Source of the DNA: an uncultured Nitrosopumilaceae archaeon
Lineage (GTDB): Archaea > Thermoproteota > Nitrososphaeria > Nitrososphaerales > Nitrosopumilaceae
Assembly: GCA_963920015.1 (NCBI GenBank)
Contig: CAWTZF010000048.1
Location: 6,698 to 30,697 of the forward strand
Length of the DNA stretch: 24,000 nt
Reading direction: 5' to 3'
This document shows positions 14,640-23,751 of the stretch, one piece after another. The first letter of the stretch is position 1. Each line of letters begins with the position of its first letter. Made by a program: the position numbers and the translations under genes. Below the pieces are notes generated by a model. The model was not told the DNA's origin. It did not search any database and was given only the letters and a program-made list of their open reading frames with translations.

Positions 14640-14921
14640 TTACTCTTTAATTATCTCAACTTCATCTTCAATGACTTTAATTCCAACAATCTTGTGTTCT
14701 TTCTCCAATACAGATTGAATAAAATCTGCAAAAGCTTCAGCATTTTCTTTATTTTTCAAAACAACACTGTGGGCAGATTTGTCCTTTAATGCTACTACAA
14801 GTTCATTTTCAAAAATATTGATAATTTTTGCAATGAATGTCTCTTTACTTTCTTTAATGTAGACTAGAGTTACAAGCTTTTGAGCTTCATATTTATCAAA
14901 ACAACTAACTTTGATCTTCAT
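14640..14921 (-). CDS. Hypothetical protein, translationally coupled to trpS
   Basis: 93-aa ORF. Its ATG overlaps the trpS stop (ATGA, 14918-14921). No motif recognised. Confidence 0.55.
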   Translation of the reverse strand: MKIKVSCFDKYEAQKLVTLVYIKESKETFIAKIINIFENELVVALKDKSAHSVVLKNKENAEAFADFIQSVLEKEHKIVGIKVIEDEVEIIKE

Positions 14922-16030
14922 ACATTTTCAAAAAGAAATTTGTTTAGTTGATCTCTTGCTTTTTCTCGCCGTTCTTGATGTCCTTTGAGAAATTCATTTA
15001 TCTTTTCAATTAAAATTGCTTTTAGTTCTCCTGTTAACAGCTTTCCAGATTTATAATCATCATAAATTTGCTTTAGTTTATTATCATCTGGTTCAAAGAA
15101 AATTCTCAAATATTGATATGAAACATCAATGTCTGGATCTCCTCCCAATTTTCTATGTTGTTCAATATCTGGCTGACCACCTGAAAATGCATATTTGTTA
15201 ATTTTTCTTTTTACTACTTCTGGTGAATCTGTTGTGAAAATAGTACCACTATCTTCAGAAGCTGACATCTTTCCTCCAGGACCTTGAAGTGCTGGAATCA
15301 TAATGTTGTGAATTATTGCTGGTTTTATTTTTCCTATTTTGGGTGCTATATCTCGTGTTAATCTAAAATGAGGATCTTGGTCAACTCCTAGTGGAATCAA
15401 AACTGGTTTATCTTCTAAAAAGCAGGGTGCTGATTGAAGTGAGGTATAGAAGATCATTCCAATATTGGTTTCATTAGTAAATCCAAACACTGCCTTGGTA
15501 TTTGAGAAATTGATTTTTTTTGCTACTTTGGCAGCTATTGGATACAGAGTCTGAATGTTTTGCGTGTTGATTATTATCTTTGTATTCTCGGGCTTGAAAC
15601 CCAATGCGATAAAATCCAAGGCATTTTCATGGGCAAACTTGTTTGTCTCTTCTAATGTCAGGTTTTGCTTTGCAAAGAATTTCTCATCATCAGTGAGTTG
15701 GAAATACATGTTAACACCAAATTTATCTTGTAACCATTTTGCAAAAACCCAAGGAATCAAGTGACCTATGTGAGTATGACCTGAGGGACCACGTCCAGTA
15801 TACAAAAAGAATTTGTTTCCTTTTTCATATTCATCTAATAATTGCTTCATATCCCTATGAGAGAAAAATATTCCACGTCTTAACATGAAATGATCCTCTC
15901 CTGCTATTTTCTTAATTCTGTCTAAGATTTGCGTGGAAAGTTTTTCGGTACCAAATTGTTTGATTAATTTATCATAATCAATATCTCCTTCTACATGCCA
16001 AGGTGTCACAATAAAGTCATCAGCTGGCAT
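14918..16030 (-). CDS. trpS: Tryptophanyl-tRNA synthetase (archaeal/eukaryal type)
   Basis: 370 aa. The N-terminus DFIVTPWHVEGDIDYDKLIKQFGTE is typical of archaeal TrpRS. It has a HIGH-type motif (GHTHIGHL) and KMSAS. Confidence 0.9.
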   Translation of the reverse strand: MPADDFIVTPWHVEGDIDYDKLIKQFGTEKLSTQILDRIKKIAGEDHFMLRRGIFFSHRDMKQLLDEYEKGNKFFLYTGRGPSGHTHIGHLIPWVFAKWLQDKFGVNMYFQLTDDEKFFAKQNLTLEETNKFAHENALDFIALGFKPENTKIIINTQNIQTLYPIAAKVAKKINFSNTKAVFGFTNETNIGMIFYTSLQSAPCFLEDKPVLIPLGVDQDPHFRLTRDIAPKIGKIKPAIIHNIMIPALQGPGGKMSASEDSGTIFTTDSPEVVKRKINKYAFSGGQPDIEQHRKLGGDPDIDVSYQYLRIFFEPDDNKLKQIYDDYKSGKLLTGELKAILIEKINEFLKGHQERREKARDQLNKFLFENV

Positions 16031-16052
16031 TCAAGATTGACTTAGGTTAAGG

Positions 16053-16060
16053 TTTAAAAA
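16053..16060. promoter_or_regulatory. Shared A/T box in the 46-bp trpS/pheS divergent spacer
   Basis: TTTAAAAA has its centre about 26-27 nt from the trpS ATG (16030, minus). It is also about 26-27 nt from the second in-frame TTG of pheS (16083, plus). Confidence 0.35.
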
Positions 16061-16076
16061 GTCTTTTTAGCACTTT

Positions 16077-17477
16077 TTGCTGTTGTCCAAAGTTTTTCAT
16101 GACATTGAAAAAAAAATTATCAAAGCACTAAAAGAAAAAAAAGACCTTTCTCCTGAAAAACTTGAAGAAGCAACTGAATTGTCTCCAGACCAAATTAGAA
16201 GAGGGATTGAATGGCTTAAACTCAAAAATTTAGCCGATGTAAAAGAATCAAAAGAAATTTTTCTGAAATTAGGTAAAAATGGAAAGATCGCATTTTCTAA
16301 AGGATTACCTGAGAGGCAGCTGTTAAATTTTCTAAAAGAAAAACCACGTCATATTTCTGAATTACAAAATGAATTAAAATCTGTTTTTGGCCCAGCAATA
16401 GGCTCTGCTAAAAAAAACATGTGGGTAAAAATAGATGATAATGTTTTTTCTTTAAAAAATGAACCATCTGGATTTCCTGAAGAAGATATCATAAACCAAA
16501 TTGGAGAGAGAAAAATTTTGATTAGTAAAATCAATGACAAAAAAACACTAGATTCTCTAAAAAAAAGACCGGATTACATTATAGAAGAAGTTGAAAAATC
16601 AAAAATCATTTCATTATCTAAAGATGCAAGCGACATTGATCTTGAAAAATCTGAATCAGGTGCCATTGACGTTGAAGCTGATGTGCCTGAAGTTCATGTA
16701 GCAAGAACCCATCCTCTTAAAGATACAATTTATGAAATCAGAGAAACATTTGTTACTCTAGGGTTTACTGAAATTAACGGACCACTTAGTCAACCAAGTT
16801 TTTGGAACTTTGATGCATTATTTACCCCCCAAGATCATCCTGCAAGAGAATTACAAGATACTTTTTATCTTGATGGAATTTCAGCAAAAAAAATTGCATC
16901 ACCTGATCAAATTAGAAAAGTTTCAGCCACACACAAGAATAGTTGGCGATATTATTGGAATATAGATGAAGCAAGAAAGATGGTTCTTCGAACACATACA
17001 ACATGTGTTACAATCAAACATCTTGCTGAAAACAATCCTGATGAAGCAAGAATATTTTCTTTAGGTCGTGTATTTAGAAATGAGAAAGTAAGCTACAAAC
17101 ATCTTGTAGAATTTAATCAAATTGAAGGAGTTGTCGTTGGTAAAAACGTAACACTTCGAGATTTGATGGGAATTCAACGAGAATTTTATCGCAGGATGGG
17201 TCTTACAAAAATTAAATTTTGGCCAACATTTTTCCCGTATACTGAACCATCATTACAAACTATGGTATTCAATGATAGACTTGGAAAATGGGTAGAATTA
17301 TTTGGAATGGGAATTTTCAGACCTGAAGTTACAAAACCATTAGGAATAAAAAATCAAGTTTTAGCTTGGGGAGGAGGAATTGAAAGAATTGCTATGCTAA
17401 AGTATGGTCTAGATGATGTTAGAGAATTTTACAACAACAACTTGAACTGGTTAAGGAGTGCAACAAAATGCCAGTAA
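16077..17477 (+). CDS. pheS: Phenylalanyl-tRNA synthetase alpha subunit
   Basis: 466 aa. It has N-terminal wHTH-like repeats and class II motifs FRNEKVSYKHLVEFNQIEG and GGGIERIAMLKYG. There is no in-frame ATG near the N-terminus (TAG at 16068), so the candidate starts are TTG 16077, CTG 16080 and TTG 16083. Confidence 0.92.
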   Translation: MLLSKVFHDIEKKIIKALKEKKDLSPEKLEEATELSPDQIRRGIEWLKLKNLADVKESKEIFLKLGKNGKIAFSKGLPERQLLNFLKEKPRHISELQNELKSVFGPAIGSAKKNMWVKIDDNVFSLKNEPSGFPEEDIINQIGERKILISKINDKKTLDSLKKRPDYIIEEVEKSKIISLSKDASDIDLEKSESGAIDVEADVPEVHVARTHPLKDTIYEIRETFVTLGFTEINGPLSQPSFWNFDALFTPQDHPARELQDTFYLDGISAKKIASPDQIRKVSATHKNSWRYYWNIDEARKMVLRTHTTCVTIKHLAENNPDEARIFSLGRVFRNEKVSYKHLVEFNQIEGVVVGKNVTLRDLMGIQREFYRRMGLTKIKFWPTFFPYTEPSLQTMVFNDRLGKWVELFGMGIFRPEVTKPLGIKNQVLAWGGGIERIAMLKYGLDDVREFYNNNLNWLRSATKCQ

Positions 17478-19105
17478 TCGAATTAAATTATTCTAGGTTA
17501 CAAAAACTTGTTGGTAAAACTAATAAGAAAAAAATCAAAGACACACTTCCATTTTTAGGATTAGATATCGAATCTGAATCAAATGATGAAGTTCGAATAG
17601 AATACAGTCCTAACAGACCTGATTATTCTACTGATTTTGGTATTGCGTTAGGACTACAAGGATTACTTGGACTAAAAAAAGGAATTCTTAAACTAAGTAT
17701 CAAAAAAAGCAAAGCCTATGATGTCAATGTAGATTCATCTGTTAGCAAGGTTAGACCATTTGTCACAGGTATAGTTGCAAAAAATGGCAGAATCGATGAC
17801 AAGATCTTACGCCAATTCATGGTCATGCAAGAAGACTTGCACTTTGGCATTGGAAGACGAAGAAAAAAATCATCTATTGGTATACATGATCTAGATAAAA
17901 TTTCATTTCCACTAAAATACACGACAACCTCCAAAGATTACAAATTCATCCCTTTAAGTTATAACAAAGAAAAAACAATTTCTAATATTCTTGAAAACAG
18001 TGATGTTGGAAAAGAATATGGTCACATTTTGGGAAATTCTTCCAAAGTTCCAATAATTTTTGATTCTCAAAACAATGTAGTTTCTTTTCCCCCAATAATT
18101 AATGCTGCATTAACTACTGTTACTACAAAAACAAAAAATCTATTTGTTGAAGTTACTGGAATGAATAAAACTGATGTGGAAGATATGTTATCAGTTGTAG
18201 CAACAATTCTTCAAAGTGCAGGCTTTGAGCTAAATACAGTAAAAATCTCCGGCGCAAATAATTCTACACCAACATTGAAGACAAAAACTATGAAACTAGA
18301 CCCTACATTAGTTAACAAAATGCTTGGTTTGACATTATCTTCCAATGCAATTTCTTCGGCTCTTAGAAAATGTAGACTAGATGCCAGTTTCACAAAAAAC
18401 AAAATTGTGTGTGAGATCCCACGATATAGATTTGATATTTTTGGACATATGGATTTGGTTGAGGAGGTAGCATTAGGATATGGGATAGAAAATCTTGAAT
18501 CCAATCTGTCTACATCACAAACACTTGGTCAAAAAAATAATCAATCTACAAATTTGGACTCCCTAAGTTCTATAATGATTGGACTTGATTACATGGAAGC
18601 TCTTAATTCTAGTCTTACAAGTAAACGAATTCTCTATGATATGACTGGAAGAGATTCTTCTAAGATGATCTCTGTAATTGATTCAAAAAGCCAAGAGCAT
18701 ACTATACTCCGTAATTCACTTTTACCAGCATTGATTGAAAACCTATCAAAGAATATTCATGAATCTTATCCACAAAAATTGTTTGAAACCGGAACTGTTT
18801 TTTTAAAAGGAAATCCAATAAAAGAAGAAATTCACTTAGCAGCAATTTGTACACACAAAGATGCAAATTTTACTGAAACCAAATCAATTTTGCAATCTGC
18901 GCTGAAAACTGGATTTAATATTTCATGCAAAACAAAAACGTTCTCAAATTCAATGTTTGAAAAAGGACGTGCTGCAGAAATTACAGTAAGCAATAAAGCA
19001 GTTGGAATAATTGGAGAATTTTCTTCAAATATTGTTGCTGGTTTTAAGATTAGAATGCCAGTAGCAGGATTTGAAATCAAACTGTCTGGGTTAATATTTG
19101 ATTAG
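17468..19105 (+). CDS. pheT: Phenylalanyl-tRNA synthetase beta subunit (archaeal type)
   Basis: 545 aa. It overlaps the pheS end by 10 nt. The archaeal/eukaryal-type beta subunit layout is present (N-terminal MPVIELNYSRLQKLVG, central B3/4-B5-like region, C-terminal catalytic-like fold). Confidence 0.9.
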   Translation: MPVIELNYSRLQKLVGKTNKKKIKDTLPFLGLDIESESNDEVRIEYSPNRPDYSTDFGIALGLQGLLGLKKGILKLSIKKSKAYDVNVDSSVSKVRPFVTGIVAKNGRIDDKILRQFMVMQEDLHFGIGRRRKKSSIGIHDLDKISFPLKYTTTSKDYKFIPLSYNKEKTISNILENSDVGKEYGHILGNSSKVPIIFDSQNNVVSFPPIINAALTTVTTKTKNLFVEVTGMNKTDVEDMLSVVATILQSAGFELNTVKISGANNSTPTLKTKTMKLDPTLVNKMLGLTLSSNAISSALRKCRLDASFTKNKIVCEIPRYRFDIFGHMDLVEEVALGYGIENLESNLSTSQTLGQKNNQSTNLDSLSSIMIGLDYMEALNSSLTSKRILYDMTGRDSSKMISVIDSKSQEHTILRNSLLPALIENLSKNIHESYPQKLFETGTVFLKGNPIKEEIHLAAICTHKDANFTETKSILQSALKTGFNISCKTKTFSNSMFEKGRAAEITVSNKAVGIIGEFSSNIVAGFKIRMPVAGFEIKLSGLIFD

Positions 19106-19118
19106 AGCTAATCTAAAC

Positions 19119-19291
19119 TGCCCAAAGAGCATGCACACAGACGGATTAGGATGACGTTGATCGTATTGATTTCGATGATTTCTAATTCACCCAGGTGTGC
19201 AACATGATGGGCACCCCGGTTTCAGAACCCAAGGAGGTTTACGGCTAACACCAATGATCTTGTGCGAGTCAGAACCGGGGAACATTTTTTT
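19119..19291 (+). ncRNA. Structured RNA candidate, possibly a two-hairpin H/ACA-type sRNA
   Basis: The spacer is GC-rich in an AT-rich genome. Helices are 19119-24/19208-13, 19132-38/19195-201, 19143-51/19180-88 and 19214-21/19273-80. K-turn-like tandem G.A pairs occur at 19052-style positions 19152-54 with 19177-79 and at 19234-35 with 19256-57. ACA lies at 19202-04 directly after the second helix, and at 19282-84 after the last helix, followed by T7. A TATA-like TTAATATTT (19091-99) lies about 25 nt upstream. Confidence 0.45.
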
Positions 19292-19332
19292 AAAAACACA
19301 ATAATAGTTCATTTTATGATATTTGGAATACA

Positions 19333-19752
19333 ATGACAAATTTTTGGTTAGCAAAACAAGAACCCAGCGGACCAAGAGGATACAGTTTTTCGACTCTAGA
19401 AAAAGAAAAGAAAACAGTTTGGGAAGGAGTTCATAATAATTTAGCATTAAAGCATATGAAAAATATGAAAAAAGGAGATCTTGTTTTTTATTATCACACC
19501 GGAGATGAAAGACAAATTGTAGGAATTATGGAAATTACATCAAAACCTTATCCAAATCCTAAAGAAGATAACGAAAGATTTGTTGTAGTAGATGTCAAAT
19601 ACAAAAAACCACTAAAAAGACCAGTTATTTTAGATGAAATGAAAAAACAAAAAAAATTCAAAAATTGGGAACTATTGAAAATATCCAGGTTATCAGTAAT
19701 GCCAGTTCCAAAAGGAATTTGGGATACAATCATAAAAATTTCTCAAAATTAG
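19333..19752 (+). CDS. EVE (PUA-like) domain protein
   Basis: 139 aa. FWLAKQEP...WEGVHNNLALKHMKNMKKGDLVFYYHTG...IVGIMEITSKPYPNP matches the EVE/DUF55 pattern (thymocyte nuclear protein 1-like). Confidence 0.75.
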   Translation: MTNFWLAKQEPSGPRGYSFSTLEKEKKTVWEGVHNNLALKHMKNMKKGDLVFYYHTGDERQIVGIMEITSKPYPNPKEDNERFVVVDVKYKKPLKRPVILDEMKKQKKFKNWELLKISRLSVMPVPKGIWDTIIKISQN

Positions 19753-19800
19753 GATAGACAAAATCGGTTTATTGATATAGGTCAAAGCTTTAGAAAAATT

Positions 19801-20040
19801 ATGGCGACAGCTTATGTTTTAATAAACTGTGAACTTGGTTCTGAGGAAGCAATTATCCAACAACTGAAAGGACTAGAAGGAGTAAAAGAAGTTCATGGAA
19901 CCTTTGGTGCATACGATATTCTTGTAAAAATAGAATCAGATACAGTAGAAAAACTACGTGAAACAATTACGTGGAAGATCAGAAAAATCGAGAAGATTCG
20001 CTCAACTCTTACGTTGATGGGAATCGAAGGCCAAACATAA
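19801..20040 (+). CDS. Stand-alone Lrp/AsnC-type ligand-binding (RAM) domain protein
   Basis: 79 aa. AYVLINCELGSEEAIIQQLKGLEGVKEVHGTFGAYDILVKIESD is the typical beta-alpha-beta-beta-alpha-beta RAM domain pattern, with no HTH. A T-run follows the stop. Confidence 0.7.
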   Translation: MATAYVLINCELGSEEAIIQQLKGLEGVKEVHGTFGAYDILVKIESDTVEKLRETITWKIRKIEKIRSTLTLMGIEGQT

Positions 20041-20058
20041 TCACCCTTTTTTCTTAAT

Positions 20059-20622
20059 ATGCTTCTGCACTTTATCTTTGTAATAAAAGAAGAAGATCTT
20101 GATAAACGAAAAAAAGAGTTTGAATACGTCAAACAGATGGCTAAATTTTTTAAAATTTGGATAAAAGAAAATTTCTCTAAAGATTATGATATACAATGTG
20201 ATGAGATGATAACGAAAAAACGAAGTATCTTTCAAAGACTAGATACTCACAATCTTTTAAAAGATCATAAAGAACGTGGAGGAGAAATTTTTCATTTTTA
20301 TCTATGTCATTTTAGACCAATATGGACTGATTGTACCTGTGAAGGTTATCATGCTGAAAATTTTGGTATGTTACTATGGTCTCAACCAAAAGATCAAGAA
20401 GACATATTATATCTTGCTGAAAAAAATTGTACAACAGTATCACATGAGTTATCTCATGAATTGCTTAGACAACAAGGACACAAAAAGTATATTGATGTTG
20501 TTCATGATGTATGGCTTAAACATACTTCCTCTGTGACTCCATTTGTACAGTATGGAAAAAATTTTGAAAAGACAGATGACAAACCAATGTTTCTTGCCAT
20601 TGATACATCAGAATTTTCTTAG
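20059..20622 (+). CDS. Hypothetical protein with HExxH motif (putative metallopeptidase-like)
   Basis: 187-aa ORF containing TVSHELSHELLRQQGH and a Cys cluster (CHFRPIWTDCTCEGYH). The start is uncertain: the ATG at 20059 is 7 nt after the upstream T-run, and the ATG at 20137 (MAKFF) is an alternative. Confidence 0.45.
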   Translation: MLLHFIFVIKEEDLDKRKKEFEYVKQMAKFFKIWIKENFSKDYDIQCDEMITKKRSIFQRLDTHNLLKDHKERGGEIFHFYLCHFRPIWTDCTCEGYHAENFGMLLWSQPKDQEDILYLAEKNCTTVSHELSHELLRQQGHKKYIDVVHDVWLKHTSSVTPFVQYGKNFEKTDDKPMFLAIDTSEFS

Positions 20623-20666
20623 TATAGTGGTGTTTAATTGAATGACTATTTAGTAAGTTTTACTTT

Positions 20667-21299
20667 CTAACATTTTGTTACAGAATAAATATTGTTTTCA
20701 AAGTTGGCAGTTTTGAAATCTAATTTATTTTCAGGATCTTTTGTACGAGATTTGCTTAGATTTTCTAATTCTACTAGTGAATCTCCTTTGAATCCTACAG
20801 AAGAACCAAAAATTGCATCAGTCAGCATTGTTCCATGATCTCCTTTTTTGATATCATCTACAATATTGTAGAATTTCGTAGTATCTCTCTTGTTTACTGG
20901 ATTACCTGTTGGTTTATTGAAAGCCACAGCAATGTACATACCATTATTTTTTACAGCAACTTGCACTTTGTGATTTTTCCCTGATGCGCCAGGAATTGAT
21001 TCATTGATCAAAACTTGACATTTATGATACATGCTTGAGACATATGCATAGAATCTAAATTGAGCAAATTTTCCTAAATCATCTTCTTCACAATCAACAA
21101 AGACTTTATGTAAAAGCCCCAAGGCGTCATCATTCATGCTTTGTAATCTATCATCAATTCGTCCCCTCTCTAACAAATCTGAATTACACTCTTTAGCAAC
21201 TAATTCAAGAATAAAGTCTGGCAAATTGTAATTTTTCAGAGCAGAAACATAAGAACCTGCTTGCGACATACCAAACTTTGGAAAACCTTTATTCACCAT
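20667..21299 (-). CDS. Hypothetical protein
   Basis: 210-aa ORF with no competing ORF and no motif I can name. It is convergent with the HExxH gene. Confidence 0.5.
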   Translation of the reverse strand: MVNKGFPKFGMSQAGSYVSALKNYNLPDFILELVAKECNSDLLERGRIDDRLQSMNDDALGLLHKVFVDCEEDDLGKFAQFRFYAYVSSMYHKCQVLINESIPGASGKNHKVQVAVKNNGMYIAVAFNKPTGNPVNKRDTTKFYNIVDDIKKGDHGTMLTDAIFGSSVGFKGDSLVELENLSKSRTKDPENKLDFKTANFENNIYSVTKC

Positions 21300-21491
21300 T
21301 TTTAATCAGACCTCACTTACACTAGCAAGTAATTTTTTACTCCCCCACAATATCTTTAGGAAATCGTTTTTGGCTTATAATTGTTAAGAAAATATCGTGA
21401 AAAGTTCTTTAATTCCTCTATTATTGTTAGAAAAAATTTCGAAATATTAAATTCTGGTTACAACCTAGCATCAATTGTGGAAATAGAAACT

Positions 21492-23744
21492 ATGCCTGAA
21501 TTAGTATCCAGGGTTTACAAAAAATTAGAAGAAAATATTTCAAAATATAGAGAAATTGTTGGAAGGCCATTAACTCTTGCTGAAAAGATTCTTGCTGGGC
21601 ATCTTGTTGAAGTAGATGATGAAAAATTAGATGATGGAATAAATTATGTATTTTTACGTCCTGACAGAGTTGCACTACAAGATGTAACTGGTCAAATGGT
21701 TATCCTTCAGTTTATGTCTGTTGGCCTAAAACAAACTAGTTTACCAACTACCATACACTGTGATCATCTGATTAGAGCTCAAGTAGAGGGAGAAACTGAC
21801 ATGAAAGTTTCTCTAGATGAGAACAGTGAAGTTTTCAAGTTTTTAGAATCTGCAGCTAGCAAATACGGATGTGGTTTTTGGAAACCTGGAGCAGGAATAA
21901 TTCATCAAGTTGTTTTAGAAAATTATGCTTTTCCGGGTGGATTGATGATAGGAACTGATTCACATACGCCAAATGCAGGAGGACTAGGAATGATTGCAAT
22001 TGGCGTGGGTGGTGTCGATGCAGCTGAAACAATGGCTGGAATACCATGGGAATTGTTGTATCCAAAACGAATAGGAGTTTATCTAACAGGTGAGCTAAAC
22101 GGATGGACTGCACCAAAAGATATCATTCTTCGTGTAGCCGGAGATCTAACAGTCTCTGGTGGAACAAATGCAATTATAGAATATTTTGGACCAGGAACAA
22201 AATCAATTAGCTGTACTGGAAAAGCAACTATTACAAACATGGGTGCAGAGATAGGTGCAACATGTTCTATATTTCCATATGATCAAAGAATGGAGACGTA
22301 TCTTCGTTACACTAACCGAGAACAAATTGCAGTTCTTGCAAATGCAAATACAAACTTGCTTACGCCTGATTCTGACGTTGAAGAAAACCCCGAGAAATAT
22401 TTCGATAAAGTAATCAAAATTGATCTGACAACACTTGAGCCTCACATAGTTGGACCACATACTCCTGATTTAGCAAGACCAATATCAAAACTCGCAGAAG
22501 ATGTTCAATCAAACAAATACATTGATGAAATTTCTGTTGCCTTAATTGGAAGTTGTACTAACTCATCTTACGAAGATATGTCCAGAGCTGCTAATTTAGC
22601 AGAGCAAGCAAAAGCCAAGGGAATAACAGCAAAGATTCCTCTTTTAGTTACTCCTGGTTCTGAACAAATTAGAGCAACAATAGAACGAGATGGTCAAATG
22701 GCATCTTTGCAAGAAATTGGTGCAACAGTTCTAGCAAATGCATGTGGGCCTTGTATTGGACAATGGAATAGACCTGAACTTAAGAAAGGACAACCAAATA
22801 CGATCATTACATCATATAACAGAAATTTTCCAGGAAGAAATGATGGAAGAAGAGAAACTATGAATTTTATTGCAAGTCCAGAAATGATAATTGCATTAGC
22901 ACTTGCAGGAAGTCTTTCATTTAATCCTCTTTCTGATACTCTCACAGCATCGGATGGTTCAAAATTCAAACTAAATCCTCCTAAAGTTGCTCCAGAGGTT
23001 CCAGAAAACGGTTTCAAAAAAACTGAAGGAATTTTTATTCCACCTTCTAGTGATCCTGAAAACATTAAGGTAATTATTGATAAGAACAGTAAAAGATTGC
23101 AAGTTTTAGAGCCATTTTCTGCATGGGATGGCAATGACTTTGAAGAGTTAACAATCATGGTAAAAGCAAAAGGCAAGTGTACAACTGATCATATTTCTCC
23201 TGCAGGTGCTTGGTTGTCATTTCGTGGTCATCTTGATAATCTTAGTGATAATATGTTGTTAGGCGCAGTTAATGCATTTAATGACGAAGTTGGAAAAGGA
23301 AAAAACATACTAAGTAATGAAATTGAATCATTTCCACAAATTGCACGAAAATATAAAGAAAAAAAATTACGTTGGGTAATAATTGGCGATAGTAATTATG
23401 GTGAAGGTAGTAGTAGAGAACATGCTGCAATGACTCCTCGATATTTGGGATGTACTGCAGTTATCACCAAGAGTTTTGCAAGAATTCATGAAACTAATCT
23501 AAAAAAACAAGGAATACTGGCATTGACTTTTGCCAATCCTGATGATTATAACAAAATTCAAGAAAATGACAGAATTAGCATTACTGATTTGAATAATCTT
23601 GAACAAGGAAAACCTGTAAAGTGTATTATTTCACATGATGATTCAAAAGAAGAGATTTTACTTCGTCATTCCTACAATAAATTTCAGTTAGAGTGGTTCC
23701 GTGCAGGATCAGCACTCAATGTTTTACGCTCAAAAGAAAATTAA
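21492..23744 (+). CDS. acn: Aconitate hydratase (mitochondrial-type aconitase)
   Basis: It carries RPLTLAEKILAGHL, GTDSHTPNAGG, IGSCTNSSYEDM, NACGPCIGQW and SYNRNFPGRND, plus swivel-domain GDSNYGEGSSREHAA. The start is set at the ATG (MPELVSRVYKK). The ORF-track start at 21381 is an upstream TTG extension. Confidence 0.93.
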   Translation: MPELVSRVYKKLEENISKYREIVGRPLTLAEKILAGHLVEVDDEKLDDGINYVFLRPDRVALQDVTGQMVILQFMSVGLKQTSLPTTIHCDHLIRAQVEGETDMKVSLDENSEVFKFLESAASKYGCGFWKPGAGIIHQVVLENYAFPGGLMIGTDSHTPNAGGLGMIAIGVGGVDAAETMAGIPWELLYPKRIGVYLTGELNGWTAPKDIILRVAGDLTVSGGTNAIIEYFGPGTKSISCTGKATITNMGAEIGATCSIFPYDQRMETYLRYTNREQIAVLANANTNLLTPDSDVEENPEKYFDKVIKIDLTTLEPHIVGPHTPDLARPISKLAEDVQSNKYIDEISVALIGSCTNSSYEDMSRAANLAEQAKAKGITAKIPLLVTPGSEQIRATIERDGQMASLQEIGATVLANACGPCIGQWNRPELKKGQPNTIITSYNRNFPGRNDGRRETMNFIASPEMIIALALAGSLSFNPLSDTLTASDGSKFKLNPPKVAPEVPENGFKKTEGIFIPPSSDPENIKVIIDKNSKRLQVLEPFSAWDGNDFEELTIMVKAKGKCTTDHISPAGAWLSFRGHLDNLSDNMLLGAVNAFNDEVGKGKNILSNEIESFPQIARKYKEKKLRWVIIGDSNYGEGSSREHAAMTPRYLGCTAVITKSFARIHETNLKKQGILALTFANPDDYNKIQENDRISITDLNNLEQGKPVKCIISHDDSKEEILLRHSYNKFQLEWFRAGSALNVLRSKEN

Positions 23745-23751
23745 ATTAACG

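Noticed and set aside
19106-19291. SRP RNA or RNase P RNA identity for the GC-rich spacer
   Set aside because: The spacer is too short (about 170 nt against about 300 nt). I could not find the SRP helix-8 GGAA/AGCA-type motifs or the RNase P GAGGAAAGUCC and ACAGAA conserved regions on either strand.
19187-19447. 86-aa minus-strand ORF
   Set aside because: It spans the structured GC-rich spacer and runs antisense into the EVE-domain gene start. The region is better explained by the plus-strand RNA candidate (TATA upstream, T7 downstream).
10251-23176. Remaining short antisense ORFs (10251-10433, 11174-11425, 11765-12061, 12650-12919, 13537-13731, 14083-14325, 15016-15201, 15555-15764, 16349-16540, 17716-17934, 18211-18504, 18832-19080, 19548-19733, 19893-20235, 20276-20536, 21490-21675, 21856-22116, 22203-22460, 22694-23176)
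   Set aside because: Each is nested antisense or out of frame within a longer, motif-supported CDS. None has an independent promoter-like box plus plausible protein features.
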